NCBI GenBank assembly: GCA_040755995.1
Contig: JBFMAF010000032.1
Location: 1 to 64,000 of the forward strand
Source of the DNA: Acidobacteriota bacterium
GTDB taxonomy: Bacteria > Acidobacteriota > CAIWXX01
Length of the DNA: 64,000 nt
Direction of reading: 5' to 3'
Shown in pieces: positions 20,104-30,400 of this stretch. A program made the translations under genes and the position numbers. Each line of letters begins with the position of its first letter. Within the stretch, counting starts at the first letter, position 1. The notes beneath the pieces are model-generated. The model searched no databases. It worked only from the letters and a program-made list of their open reading frames with translations, and had not been told where the DNA came from.

Positions 20104-20127
20104 CGGTAAGTGTGAGGCACAGCCACG

Positions 20128-20889
20128 CTAGAACCTGGTGATGGCCTCCCTCAGACGCCCCCGCGTATCCTCCGCGTACCACCATCGCAGGAAGAACTCC
20201 TCCCTCTCTTCCAGATGCGCCAGGATCTGCGATTCCACCGGTTCCACGCGATTCCGTTTGATCATCGCCAGCGCCTCCGCGGGCAGCTCGCCCAAGGCGG
20301 TAGCCTTCTCGATTGCCCTCGGAAGCACCTGCTCGATCGGCAGCACTTCGTCGACCAGTCCCATCTGGAGCAGCCGGTCGGAAGCGTAGAATTCGCCGCC
20401 CTCCATGATGTCGCGCGCGCTCCGCATGCCTGCCAGTTGCCGCACGATGCAGTCGCCCAGGTACGGAACCGGGACACCGAGCTTCACTTCGTTCAGCCCC
20501 ATGAGCTTCCGGCCCTGTGCAATGAACCGGTAGTCGCAACAGAGGGCCAGGATGCAGCCGCCGGCTATCGCGTGCCCGGTGATGGCGGCTACCACCGGCT
20601 TTGGCAGTGTGAAGAGCTTCAGGCACGTCTGATTGTAGGCCTGGTAAAACCGTGCGAACTCCTCGCGGCTCAGCTCGTAGAGACGCGGTATGTCGAAGCC
20701 GATCGAGAAGAACTTGTCGTTGGCGCTGCTCAGGACAAGCCCGCGCACACCGGGGTTCCCGGTGACCTCCTGCACAACCTCGGCCAGTTCGGCGACGACT
20801 CGCAGGTCAATTGCGTTGGTGACGCCGCGGTCGAGTCTCGCTTCCACAACCCGGCCGTGATGCTCCAGACGGATCATCTCCATCATCAT
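20128..20889 (-). CDS. Enoyl-CoA hydratase/isomerase family protein
   Basis: FSIGFDI, KPVVAAITGHAIAGGCILALCCDYR, GLNEVKLG; AGGAGG RBS. Confidence 0.9.
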   Translation of the reverse strand: MMMEMIRLEHHGRVVEARLDRGVTNAIDLRVVAELAEVVQEVTGNPGVRGLVLSSANDKFFSIGFDIPRLYELSREEFARFYQAYNQTCLKLFTLPKPVVAAITGHAIAGGCILALCCDYRFIAQGRKLMGLNEVKLGVPVPYLGDCIVRQLAGMRSARDIMEGGEFYASDRLLQMGLVDEVLPIEQVLPRAIEKATALGELPAEALAMIKRNRVEPVESQILAHLEEREEFFLRWWYAEDTRGRLREAITRF

Positions 20890-21193
20890 CCTCCTGTGAC
20901 TGCCCACATGTAGCGCCCGCGGCAGCCGCGCCGCTCACGCACTAGAGCCCACGCCCGCCGCTATCATACTACCCGAGCCTGCCGTTGAGAAACCGCATTG
21001 GGGTTCGCGTCTCCGCTGAAGGCAGTGCGCGATCAAACTGAACCCGCCCATGCACTTGATAAGGAATTCGAACAACAGTATTATCAAAGAGGAATGCATT
21101 CCAGGTTCGCGCGGAAGATCGCATCAGGATTCCGTGTGGACGGGAATCCCACGGAGAGTGTTTAAGGGCCACCGATCGACTCGATATCCGGCC

Positions 21194-21871
21194 ATGAACA
21201 GGGAGAGACGGAAGTCACCACGCTACCGGGTCGGCAAGATCCTGGGCAGCATACTGTTCAGAGCGGATGCGCGAGTCCAGGATGTGAGTGTGGCCGGGAT
21301 GAAGGTCGTCACAAACACCCAGCTGCGAGTCGGCCGGCCGTGCATCGTGTCGTTGGGAGGCGGACGGGGAATGCTGCAGCTCAGCGGCTCGGTCGTGCGC
21401 TGCGTCCTCCGAGGCACACAACGAAACGAGAAGGGTGAAAGCGAGCTGGTCTACGAGGCGGGCATCAGTTTCCAGGGGATGTCGGATGAGACCGCCGCGA
21501 TGCTCCGCAATTTCCTCCAGGAAAGCGTCCAGATCGACATGGATAGAAAGGTGTCCGGGCGCTTCATGCCGGACAGGAGGAATGAAGCCTCATCGATCCG
21601 AGAGCAATCGTTTCAGGTCTGTGCTCTGTGCCTCGCAGGGATGAGAGTAGTCACATCCGGAAGACCGATGTTGGGCCCCGTCCCGGAAATCGAGCTCAAC
21701 CTGGGCCATCACGGCACCGTCAGGTCGCATGCCCGCGTCCAGGAAGTGCCGGCCGCACGAGGCCCGGAGAACGAGCACACCTTCGACGTCGAGTTCCTCA
21801 ACATGGGAGCAGACAGCAGGAACAGGCTCGGCCGATTCATTACAGATTCGTTCTCTGGGCCGGCTTCCTGA
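21194..21871 (+). CDS. PilZ-domain (c-di-GMP-binding) protein with a degenerate second PilZ-like domain
   Basis: RRKSPR and DVSVAG motifs (RxxxR, DxSxxG). Confidence 0.75.
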   Translation: MNRERRKSPRYRVGKILGSILFRADARVQDVSVAGMKVVTNTQLRVGRPCIVSLGGGRGMLQLSGSVVRCVLRGTQRNEKGESELVYEAGISFQGMSDETAAMLRNFLQESVQIDMDRKVSGRFMPDRRNEASSIREQSFQVCALCLAGMRVVTSGRPMLGPVPEIELNLGHHGTVRSHARVQEVPAARGPENEHTFDVEFLNMGADSRNRLGRFITDSFSGPAS

Positions 21872-22046
21872 GCATCGCCGCGTAGAGGCGATTTGATACC
21901 GGTTGCGCGGCTGCCCTGGCGCTCCGCGAGATGATGGCCTCCTCGCGGAAATCCGAATGCCGCGGCTCGGTCGCGCGGCGAGACCTGGAGGGGCCACGCC
22001 GCAGAGACGCGTGCTTTCACGATCAGAAGGTCGCTACTGTCAGCCC

Positions 22047-22238
22047 CTCGTCGGCTACAGCCAGGACGCGAGAGGCGTCTACCACGGCTTCCTATGCTCG
22101 ACGGGCCGCATCACACTCTACAACGCACCTGGCGCGCGCACTGGCTCCGAGCATGGAACGCTTCTGTTCGGGATCAACGACGAAGGCAAGATGGTTGGCT
22201 ACATCATTGACTCGAAAGGTGCCTACCGCGCCATTCTG
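22047..22238 (+). pseudogene. Fragment of an extracellular HAF-type repeat protein
   Basis: VGYSQDARGVYHGFL...GINDEGKMVGYIIDSKGAYRAIL inside an otherwise implausible ORF. Confidence 0.5.
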
Positions 22239-22334
22239 TCCGGAGGAAAGCGAAGTCCAGGGGAGGTCGGGGGCGCGGGCCAGGAGCAACTCCAGGGCGG
22301 TCATGCGGACCGGTGCGGACAACTACATGCGTCC

Positions 22335-23030
22335 TCAGATGACCTGCAACTCCTGCAGGACCTGCAAGACGGGCGGGGTTTGCCACAGCCACCTCGCACG
22401 TAGCCAAAAGGCGGATAGTGAAGAAGAGCGGTACACCCCATCGGCATCCGGTTCCACCAGCCGATACCGACCGTCGGCATCCAGTTGGTAGAATTCCACA
22501 CGTTGCCGCAAAGGATCAATCAACCAATACTCGGGAATACCGGCTCGTTCATACTCGTAGTACTTTGCGCCGCGGTCGCGGTCGAGGCTATCAGGTGAAA
22601 CGATCTCAACCACCAGATCCGCCGGGCCATCCAGAAAAGTATCCTTCAGCCGATCCATATGCTTACTAGCCACAAACAACAGGTCCGGTTCCCGGCCTTG
22701 TTCCAGCTTGATCTGAAACGGTGCGCTGATGACCACACCCAGGTTGTGCGCCTCGGCATATATCCCCATGATCTTGAGCAAGAAATCCGCAATGTTCTGA
22801 TGCTGCTTCGACGCCGGACTGCTCATCACCACCTCCCCATCCACCCACTCGGCCAACGTGTCCTCGTCGGCCCAAGACAGGAACTCCTCGTAGGTCATCT
22901 TGCGGCGCTCGATTGGTCCCAGCAGCACCTCAATCAACCGGCGGCGCAGGTCATCACCCCGTCCGGACCCTTCCCCCGGCGATCTGCGCGGCGTATTCTC
23001 CGGTGGGGCAACAACTCCTTGCTCGCTCAC
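22335..23030 (-). CDS. Uma2-family (PD-(D/E)xK) endonuclease
   Basis: MTYEEF, EWVDG, EPDL, DLVVEIVSP, GIPEYWLIDP. Confidence 0.92.
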   Translation of the reverse strand: MSEQGVVAPPENTPRRSPGEGSGRGDDLRRRLIEVLLGPIERRKMTYEEFLSWADEDTLAEWVDGEVVMSSPASKQHQNIADFLLKIMGIYAEAHNLGVVISAPFQIKLEQGREPDLLFVASKHMDRLKDTFLDGPADLVVEIVSPDSLDRDRGAKYYEYERAGIPEYWLIDPLRQRVEFYQLDADGRYRLVEPDADGVYRSSSLSAFWLRARWLWQTPPVLQVLQELQVI

Positions 23031-23234
23031 CCGTCACCTCCTGCGCACTAGCCCTGCCGCTTCATTATAACACACCGTTGACGGCCCCAGACTCGGATGA
23101 GGTATCATGCTCACAGGTGAAGCGATGGCGCGCGTCAGCAAGCGGCTTGAGGCGAGAATCAACGAGCAGATTCTGTTCGACGCAGGCACCTGCCAGGAGG
23201 CGCTGGCGAGAGCCGATGCTGGCGCCGGGCGCGG

Positions 23235-26200
23235 ATGAGCGTCGTCGTTGTCGCCGAGAAGCCTTCCGTCGCGCGCGATATCGCGCAGGTAGTCGGAGCA
23301 CGCGAGCGTGGCGACGGGTACCTGCACGGCGGCGGATGCGTTGTCACGTGGGCAGTCGGACACCTGGTCATGCTCGCCGAGCCGCATCAGATCGAGGCTG
23401 CATGGAAACTCTGGCGGCGCGAGTCGCTGCCGATGCTTCCGCGCTCGTGGCCGCTCGTGGTCATCGAGGAAACACGGGCCCAGTTCGAGGTCGTCCGCAG
23501 GCTCATCAACGCCGCCTCCACCGAACGTCTGATCTGCGCCACGGACGCCGGGCGAGAGGGCGAGCTGATTTTTCGATTCATCTACGAGGCTGCTCATTGT
23601 CGCAAGCCGGTCCGCCGGCTGTGGCTCTCCTCGATGGTCCCCGAGGCAATCAGGTCCGCGTTGCAGTCTCTGCGGGACTGGGGCGACTACGACCGCCTCG
23701 CCGCAGCGGCGCGCGGCCGCGCTCAGGCCGACTGGCTCGTCGGCATGAATCTGTCGCGGGCATACACGCTGACACACGGCGAGACCCTTTCGGTGGGCCG
23801 CGTCCAGACCCCCACCCTCGCCATGGTCGTGGCGCGGGAGAAGGAGATCGAGGCGTTCACGCCCGAGGACTTCTACGAAGTCACGGCGACCTTTCAGCCG
23901 GTCCGGCCCGAAGGAAGCGCCCCGGCGCACGGACCCGCGACCTACACCGGGATCTGGTTCCGGCGCCAGGGCCCTCCCGAGAAGCTGCGCGAGGCGGCTC
24001 GTTCCAATCGCCGTCTCCCCGCCGACGGGATCGAGGCGCAGCGCATCGCCGACAGGGTGCGACGCGCCGGGTGTGGGCTGATCGAGTCGATCGAGGAAGA
24101 GACCAAACGCCTTCCTCCGCCTCTCCTCCACGACCTCGCCGACCTTCAGCGACAGGCCAACCGGCTCTATGGCTTCACGGCCCAGAAGACGCTGGAGACC
24201 GCGCAGCGTCTGTACGAGACCCACAAGCTCCTCAGCTACCCCCGCACCGACAGCCGGCATCTCTCGACCGCCGTCGCCGCGACTCTCCCGGATGTCGTCC
24301 GAGCGGTCTCGGGTCCTTATCGCGATCTCCTCGCTGCGGGGACGGGACAGCATCCGCTGTCCCGGCGCTTCGTAGACGACACCAAGGTCACGGACCACCA
24401 CGCGATCATTCCCACTACGTCGAGCGCGGAGGCGGCTCGACTGACCGAAGACGAGGGTCGCGTATATGACCTCGTCTGCCGCCGCTTGCTGGCGGCCTGG
24501 CACACCGACCATGTCTGGGCGGTGACCACTCTGATTACCACCGTCGACTCGCAGGACCCGCGCGGTGAGCGCATCGTCGATAGCTTCAGCACGACCGGGA
24601 TCGCGACGATCGAGCAAGGATGGAAATCGATCGAGCCGGCCGACCGGCCCCGCAGCCCCCGCGTGACTCAGGATCAGCAGCCGGCAGACCTGGGAAGCGA
24701 CCTGCCGTCCGGGCTCCTGGCAGGTCAGGCCGCAGATGTGCAGGCGATCGAAGCCCAGAAGAAGCAGACTCGGCCGCCCAGGCGATTCACCGACGCCACG
24801 CTGCTCACGGCCATGGAGAGCGCCGGCCGCGGACTCGACGACAAGGCACTCTCGCGGGCTATGCAGGACTGCGGGATTGGCACACCCGCCACGCGCGCCG
24901 CCATCATCGAGCTGCTGCTGGCTCGCGGCTTCATCGCGCGCGAGGCGAAGACGCTGAGCGCCACGCCGAAGGGAATCCATCTGATCGATCTGGTGCATCC
25001 GGCAGTCAAGACCCCGGCCATGACGGGCGAGTGGGAGGCGAAACTGCGCCGGATCGAGCGCGGTGAAGGGGATCTGCGGGAGTTCATGCATGGCATCGAG
25101 GAATACGTCCGGCAGGTCGTGGGAATCGTCTTCTCGACGCATACTGGCACGACGCCGCAGTCTCATCCGCGACCGGAACCCGCGCACACGCCATCGGCGG
25201 AACCCGTGGTAACGCCGTCAACCGCCCCCGGGCCCTCGGCGCAACCTGCTGCGACACCGTCGACTGCCTCCACACCGCCCGCTCCGAGTGCTGCACGGGC
25301 AACTCCCGGCGCCGGCCCGGCCTTGGCCGATACACTCAAGCGCCTCTTCCGATTCGACGGCTTCCGGCCGTACCAGGAGGCGGTCTGTAGCGCCGTTGTC
25401 GCGGGCGAAGACGTGCTTCTGGTCATGCCGACAGGCGCCGGCAAGTCGCTATGCTACCAGCTTCCCGGGATCGTGCGCGGCGGTACTACACTCGTCGTAA
25501 GCCCGCTGATTGCTCTCATGGAGGACCAGGTAGGGAAGCTCCAACAGCTCGGCCTGCGGGCGGACCGCATACACTCGGCGCGCGACCGTGTACACTTTCG
25601 CGCCGTCTGCGACGAGTACCTCGCAGGGCGGCTCGACTTCCTCTTCGTCGCTCCGGAGCGGCTGGGCGTCCCCGGCTTTCCCGACCTGCTCGCGCGCCGG
25701 CCCCCCGCGCTCGTCGCCGTGGACGAGGCGCACTGCATCTCGCACTGGGGGCATGATTTCCGCCCCGACTATCGAATGCTGGGCCAGCGCCTCCCGCAGC
25801 TTCGCCCCGCGCCCGTGATCGCCATGACCGCCACTGCTACGCCTCGCGTGCAGGCCGACATCGCCGAGCAGCTCCGGCTCTCGAGCCCGCGGCGATTCAT
25901 CCACGGCTTCCGTCGCGAGAACATCGCGATCGAGGTGGTGGAGGTGCCGAAGCCGGAGAGGGGCGAAATCGTCGCGGCACTGCTGGCCGATCCGGCTCGA
26001 CGCCCCGCCATCCTCTACGCTCCCACGCGGCGGGATTCCGAGGCGCTGGCTCACAGGCTGGCCGGCCGGATTCCCGCCGCAGCCTACCACGCCGGCATGC
26101 CCGGGGCCGCGCGAGATTCGGCGCAGACCCGATTCATCGCCGGAGAAGTGGACACCGTAGTGGCGACGATCGCATTCGGCATGGGCGTAGACAAGCCCGA

Positions 26201-27419
26201 TGTGCGCACCGTCGTCCACCTGGCGCTCCCCCAGACCCTCGAAGGCTACTACCAGGAGATCGGCCGCGCCGGCCGCGACCGCAAGCCGTCCCGCGCCATC
26301 CTCATGCACTCATTCGCCGATCGCAAGATCAACGAGTTCTTCCGCGAGCGCGACTACCCCGACCCGCGGATGCTGCAGCTGATCTACGGACAGCTGGGGC
26401 CGAAGCCGGAGGCGAGGGAGGAGCTGAGACGGAGGGCCACCGTGCCCGACGAGATCTTCGACGTCGCGCTGGAGAAGCTCTGGATACACGGCGGCGCGCT
26501 CCTCGATTCGAATGACGCGGTGCGTCGTGGCGAGGCGCAGTGGGCCGCCGGCTACGAGGCACAGCGGGCGCTCCGGAAGGAGCAGGAGGAAGAGATGGCG
26601 CGCTTCGCGCGCAGCCACGGCTGCCGGATGCTGCACCTGGTGCGGCATTTCGGCGACAGCACCGATCCGGGCCACTCCTGCCGGCTCTGCGACAACTGCG
26701 GCCAGATCGCGGCGCTCCCCCGCCCAACGCGCAGGCCGGATGAGGCCGAGCAGCAGGCGATGCGGGCAATAGTCGAAGCGCTCAAGAAATGCGGAAGCGC
26801 ATCAACCGGGAAGCTCTATCGGGATCTCTTCGAAGGCAAGGGGCTGGAACGATCGGCCTATGAGACGCTGCTCTCGGCGCTCACGCGCGCCGGCGTGCTA
26901 GCCATCACCAGGGAGGATTTCGAGAAAGACGGGCGGCAGATAGAGTACCAGCGGGTGCGGCTGACGCGAGAGGGGTGGGAGGCGGGGGCGAAGCGGGTCG
27001 AGGATGTCGAGGTGTCCGGCGCGCTGGCGGCGGCCGGCCCGCGGGGGCTGCGACGCCGGCGTGCGAAGCGGATCCGCGAGGCACCCTCGCGCAGCGAGCA
27101 GCCGGCGCGGCAGGCCCAGGCGGAGCCGCACCAGAGACCGGTCGAAGCACGGCATCCGCGGCCGCTCCAGGCAGAAGATCGAATCAGGGCGTCCGAGCCG
27201 CAGCAGGAACTGGTCGAAGCGCTCCGTGCGTGGAGACTCGCCACATCGAAGCGGCGGCGCACGCCGGCCTTCCGCATTCTGCACGACAGTACGCTCTATG
27301 CCATCGCCTCGGCGGGCCCGCGCACGGAGACCGAGCTGCTGGAGGTCCGCGGAGTTGGTCCCGCCTTCATCCGCAAGTACGGCGCCGAGGTGCTGAAGAT
27401 CGTGCGCGGAGGCGCCTGA
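23235..27419 (+). CDS. topB: DNA topoisomerase III fused to RecQ helicase (with Zn-binding and HRDC domains)
   Basis: TOPRIM AEKPSVA and TDAGREGE, catalytic SYPRTD; Pro/Thr/Ala linker; MPTGAGKSLCYQLP, DEAHCISHWGHDFRPDY, ATIAFGMGVDK, QEIGRAGRD, CRLCDNC; C-terminal HRDC. Confidence 0.93.
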   Translation: MSVVVVAEKPSVARDIAQVVGARERGDGYLHGGGCVVTWAVGHLVMLAEPHQIEAAWKLWRRESLPMLPRSWPLVVIEETRAQFEVVRRLINAASTERLICATDAGREGELIFRFIYEAAHCRKPVRRLWLSSMVPEAIRSALQSLRDWGDYDRLAAAARGRAQADWLVGMNLSRAYTLTHGETLSVGRVQTPTLAMVVAREKEIEAFTPEDFYEVTATFQPVRPEGSAPAHGPATYTGIWFRRQGPPEKLREAARSNRRLPADGIEAQRIADRVRRAGCGLIESIEEETKRLPPPLLHDLADLQRQANRLYGFTAQKTLETAQRLYETHKLLSYPRTDSRHLSTAVAATLPDVVRAVSGPYRDLLAAGTGQHPLSRRFVDDTKVTDHHAIIPTTSSAEAARLTEDEGRVYDLVCRRLLAAWHTDHVWAVTTLITTVDSQDPRGERIVDSFSTTGIATIEQGWKSIEPADRPRSPRVTQDQQPADLGSDLPSGLLAGQAADVQAIEAQKKQTRPPRRFTDATLLTAMESAGRGLDDKALSRAMQDCGIGTPATRAAIIELLLARGFIAREAKTLSATPKGIHLIDLVHPAVKTPAMTGEWEAKLRRIERGEGDLREFMHGIEEYVRQVVGIVFSTHTGTTPQSHPRPEPAHTPSAEPVVTPSTAPGPSAQPAATPSTASTPPAPSAARATPGAGPALADTLKRLFRFDGFRPYQEAVCSAVVAGEDVLLVMPTGAGKSLCYQLPGIVRGGTTLVVSPLIALMEDQVGKLQQLGLRADRIHSARDRVHFRAVCDEYLAGRLDFLFVAPERLGVPGFPDLLARRPPALVAVDEAHCISHWGHDFRPDYRMLGQRLPQLRPAPVIAMTATATPRVQADIAEQLRLSSPRRFIHGFRRENIAIEVVEVPKPERGEIVAALLADPARRPAILYAPTRRDSEALAHRLAGRIPAAAYHAGMPGAARDSAQTRFIAGEVDTVVATIAFGMGVDKPDVRTVVHLALPQTLEGYYQEIGRAGRDRKPSRAILMHSFADRKINEFFRERDYPDPRMLQLIYGQLGPKPEAREELRRRATVPDEIFDVALEKLWIHGGALLDSNDAVRRGEAQWAAGYEAQRALRKEQEEEMARFARSHGCRMLHLVRHFGDSTDPGHSCRLCDNCGQIAALPRPTRRPDEAEQQAMRAIVEALKKCGSASTGKLYRDLFEGKGLERSAYETLLSALTRAGVLAITREDFEKDGRQIEYQRVRLTREGWEAGAKRVEDVEVSGALAAAGPRGLRRRRAKRIREAPSRSEQPARQAQAEPHQRPVEARHPRPLQAEDRIRASEPQQELVEALRAWRLATSKRRRTPAFRILHDSTLYAIASAGPRTETELLEVRGVGPAFIRKYGAEVLKIVRGGA

Positions 27420-27461
27420 TACGCGGGTAGTCGTTCACGTTCGCGTCGAACGGCCTCGCGG

Positions 27462-30400
27462 TTGGGGCCGAGGGCTGGGTCTATCCTTGACCGTCCCTGT
27501 CGGGCCGGGTACACTCGGGCCAGCAGTTGGCTGGAGGCGGAGAAAGGGTTTCTATTGAGCCGACTTTTGGGGTTGCTGCGGCATCGCCTCACGGGAGCCT
27601 CCCACTCTCCACCGTCAACTATCCACCCTTTGAGTGAGAGGCCGACCGGTCCGGACGCCGAGACACGGGGCGGTGAGGTGCCGGATGCAGTGGGCTCCCC
27701 GGCGGTTGCACCCGCACGTGCACCGGCCGCGCCGCAAGGAGTCGTCTCCGAGCACTCGGGGCCATCCGCAGCCGAGGCGCAGAGAACCACGATGTTCGGC
27801 AAGTATCTCATGGGGCCGCTCATCGGCGAGGGCGGGATGGGACGCGTTTACGAGGCCTTCGACAAGACTCTCAACCGTTTCGTGGCTCTCAAGTTTCTTC
27901 GTGGCGACAACCCATCGCTGACGGTGCGTCTGGTGCAGGAGGCGCGTGCGCAGGCCCAGGTCGATCACGACAGCGTCTGCAAGGTCTACGAGGTCGGTGA
28001 GATCGAAGGCAAGCCGTTTATCGCCGTGCAGTACATCCCGGGCCGGACGCTGGACCAGGTGTCGCCGGAGATGACGCTGGAGCAGAAAGTCAGGGTGATG
28101 AGAGAGGTCGCTGAAGGCGTGCACGCAGCTCACAGGATCGGGTTGATCCACCGCGACTTGAAGCCCGCCAACGTGATGGTCGAGAAGACGGCCGAGGGAC
28201 ACTGGAAGCCGTACGTGATGGACTTCGGACTGGCTCGAGAGGTGGCGACTCCCGGGCTGACCGTGACCGGGGTGGTGATGGGGACTGTCGGCTACATGGC
28301 GCCGGAGCAGGCGCGGGGGCGCGTCCACGAGCTCGATCGCCGCACGGACGTCTACGGCCTTGGAGCGACATTCTATGAGATCCTCACGGGCCGCCCGCCG
28401 GTCGCGGGATCAACCAGCATCGATGCCATACTGGCGCTGCTGGAAACGGATCCCGAGCCTGTTCGCAAGCTGAACCCACGCGTGCCTGCCGACATCGAGA
28501 CAGTCGTCATGAAGTGTCTCGAGAAGGAGCCTCAGCGCCGCTACGACTCCGCCAGGGCCCTGGCCGACGACCTGCAGCGGTATCTGGACGGCGAGCCGAT
28601 AGAGGCGCGGCGCGCAAGCTACTCATATCGCATTCTCAAGAAGGCCGGCCGGCACAAGGCGGTCACGGCCGTCGTCGCCGTGTCGTTCACCGTGGTGCTG
28701 GCGCTGGCCGCGGTCGCCTGGTCCGCGTGGCGCACGGCGAAGGTGCGGTCTCGCGTCGCCCAGCAGCTCGGGCAGGCCATCGAACGCATGGACTCCATCA
28801 TGCGAGTGGCGCACACGATTCCCCTGCACGACACGCGCCCGGAGCAGGCCGCCGTGAGGGCCCAGATACGCGATATCGAAGGGCGAATGAAGGAGGCCGG
28901 GAGCGCGGCTGACTGGCCCGGTCATTACGCCATCGGCCGCGGATTCATGGCGCTCCAGGAGACCGAGGCCGCGAAGACTCATCTGGAGGCCGCGTGGAAC
29001 AGCGGCTACCGGGAACCGCAGGTCGCGTATGCGCTGGGCCTCGTCCTGGGTGCCATCTACCAGCGCGAGCTCGACGAGGCGGACCGCATCCCCAACAAAC
29101 CTCAACGTGATGCCCGAAGGAAGAAGCTCGACACGCTCTACCGCGCTCCCGCGCTCGAGATGCTCAGGAATGGCCGCGGATACGAGTCGGGGTCCGTGGA
29201 GTACGGAGAGGCATTGATCGCCTTCTACGAGAAGCGATACCCGGAGGCACTGCGATTGGCCGACAGGGCTCTCCTCAGGGCGCCGTGGATGTACGAAGCC
29301 ATCATTCTCCGCGGCGAGGTCTACTGCGCAGAGGGAATAGACGCCGCCAACCGCGGTGACTACCGGACGGCGGTGCAGTCGTGGGAGGAAGCGGCGCGCG
29401 TGCATCAAGATGCCACGCGAATCGGAGAAAGCGATCCGGCGGCCTACGAGGCGATCTGCGACGTCTGGACGAGGCTCATGTACTTCGAAATCTACCAGCA
29501 TGGCGGCAGCGCGCGGCCGTACTTCGATTGGGCGGTTGCGGCTGCCGAGTCTGCGCTCCGCGCAGAACCCGACAGGGCGACCACGTGCACGAAGCTCTCG
29601 TACGTGTACTATCTGTGGAGCGAGTATCAGATCCGGCACGGCCAGGACCCCTCGGCCTCTTACGACAGGGCGGCGGAAGCCGCGCAGACGGCTGTGCGAA
29701 GACGGCCGGACGATTCCACCGGCTGGCTCCACCTGGGCAACATCCAGCGAGCCAGGGCGGTGTACCTGATGAGGCTGGGGCAGGATCCGGCGGAGGCGCT
29801 TGGCGTTGCTGTCCACAACCTGACCGAGGCCACCCGCAGGCCGCCTCCCAGTGCCTTCGCCCACCACTATCTCGGATGGGCACACACGATACTCGGAACA
29901 GGGGACATGGCGCAGGGCCGAGATCCCACACCCGAGTACCAGGAGGCGATCCGGGAGTATCGCGATGCGATTCGGATAGACCAGGTCTTCGCCGTCACCA
30001 ACAGCGGGAACAACATCGGGGAGACCTTGAACTACCTGAGCCAGTACCGCATGGCGCACGGAATCGATCCCACGGCGTCACTGGACGAGGCACAACGGAT
30101 GTTGGAGGGCATCCTGAGCGCCAACCCCGATCACCTGTACGCTCGACTGAATCTCATAGACACCCTGAGGCTGCGGGCGGAATATCTGTGGCGCACCGGC
30201 GGCGACCCGACGCGCGCATTGGACCAGGCCGATGCTCATTCCGAAACCGTGCTGAAGGTGAACGCCTCCGATCCGGACGTGCGGTTGATCGTGGCTCAAC
30301 CGGCGACTCTGAGGGGCCGCGTTCTCCTGGCCGGAAAAGCAGGCTCCCAGGCCCTGGCACAGGTGCTCGCGACGGCTCGTGCTCACCTGGATCAGGCACT

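Noticed and set aside
22335..23030. Uma2 nuclease as part of a restriction or defence system
   Set aside because: Solitary, with no methylase or defence neighbours; this family often occurs as scattered paralogues
23034..25187. Long antisense or alternative-frame ORFs (717 aa here; also 46075-47655, 28623-30059, 29381-30910, 53315-55024)
   Set aside because: Shadow ORFs expected in GC-rich coding DNA; they overlap genes with clear motifs and have none of their own
23235..27419. Reverse gyrase
   Set aside because: Domain order is topoisomerase then helicase, and the helicase has RecQ-specific motifs and HRDC
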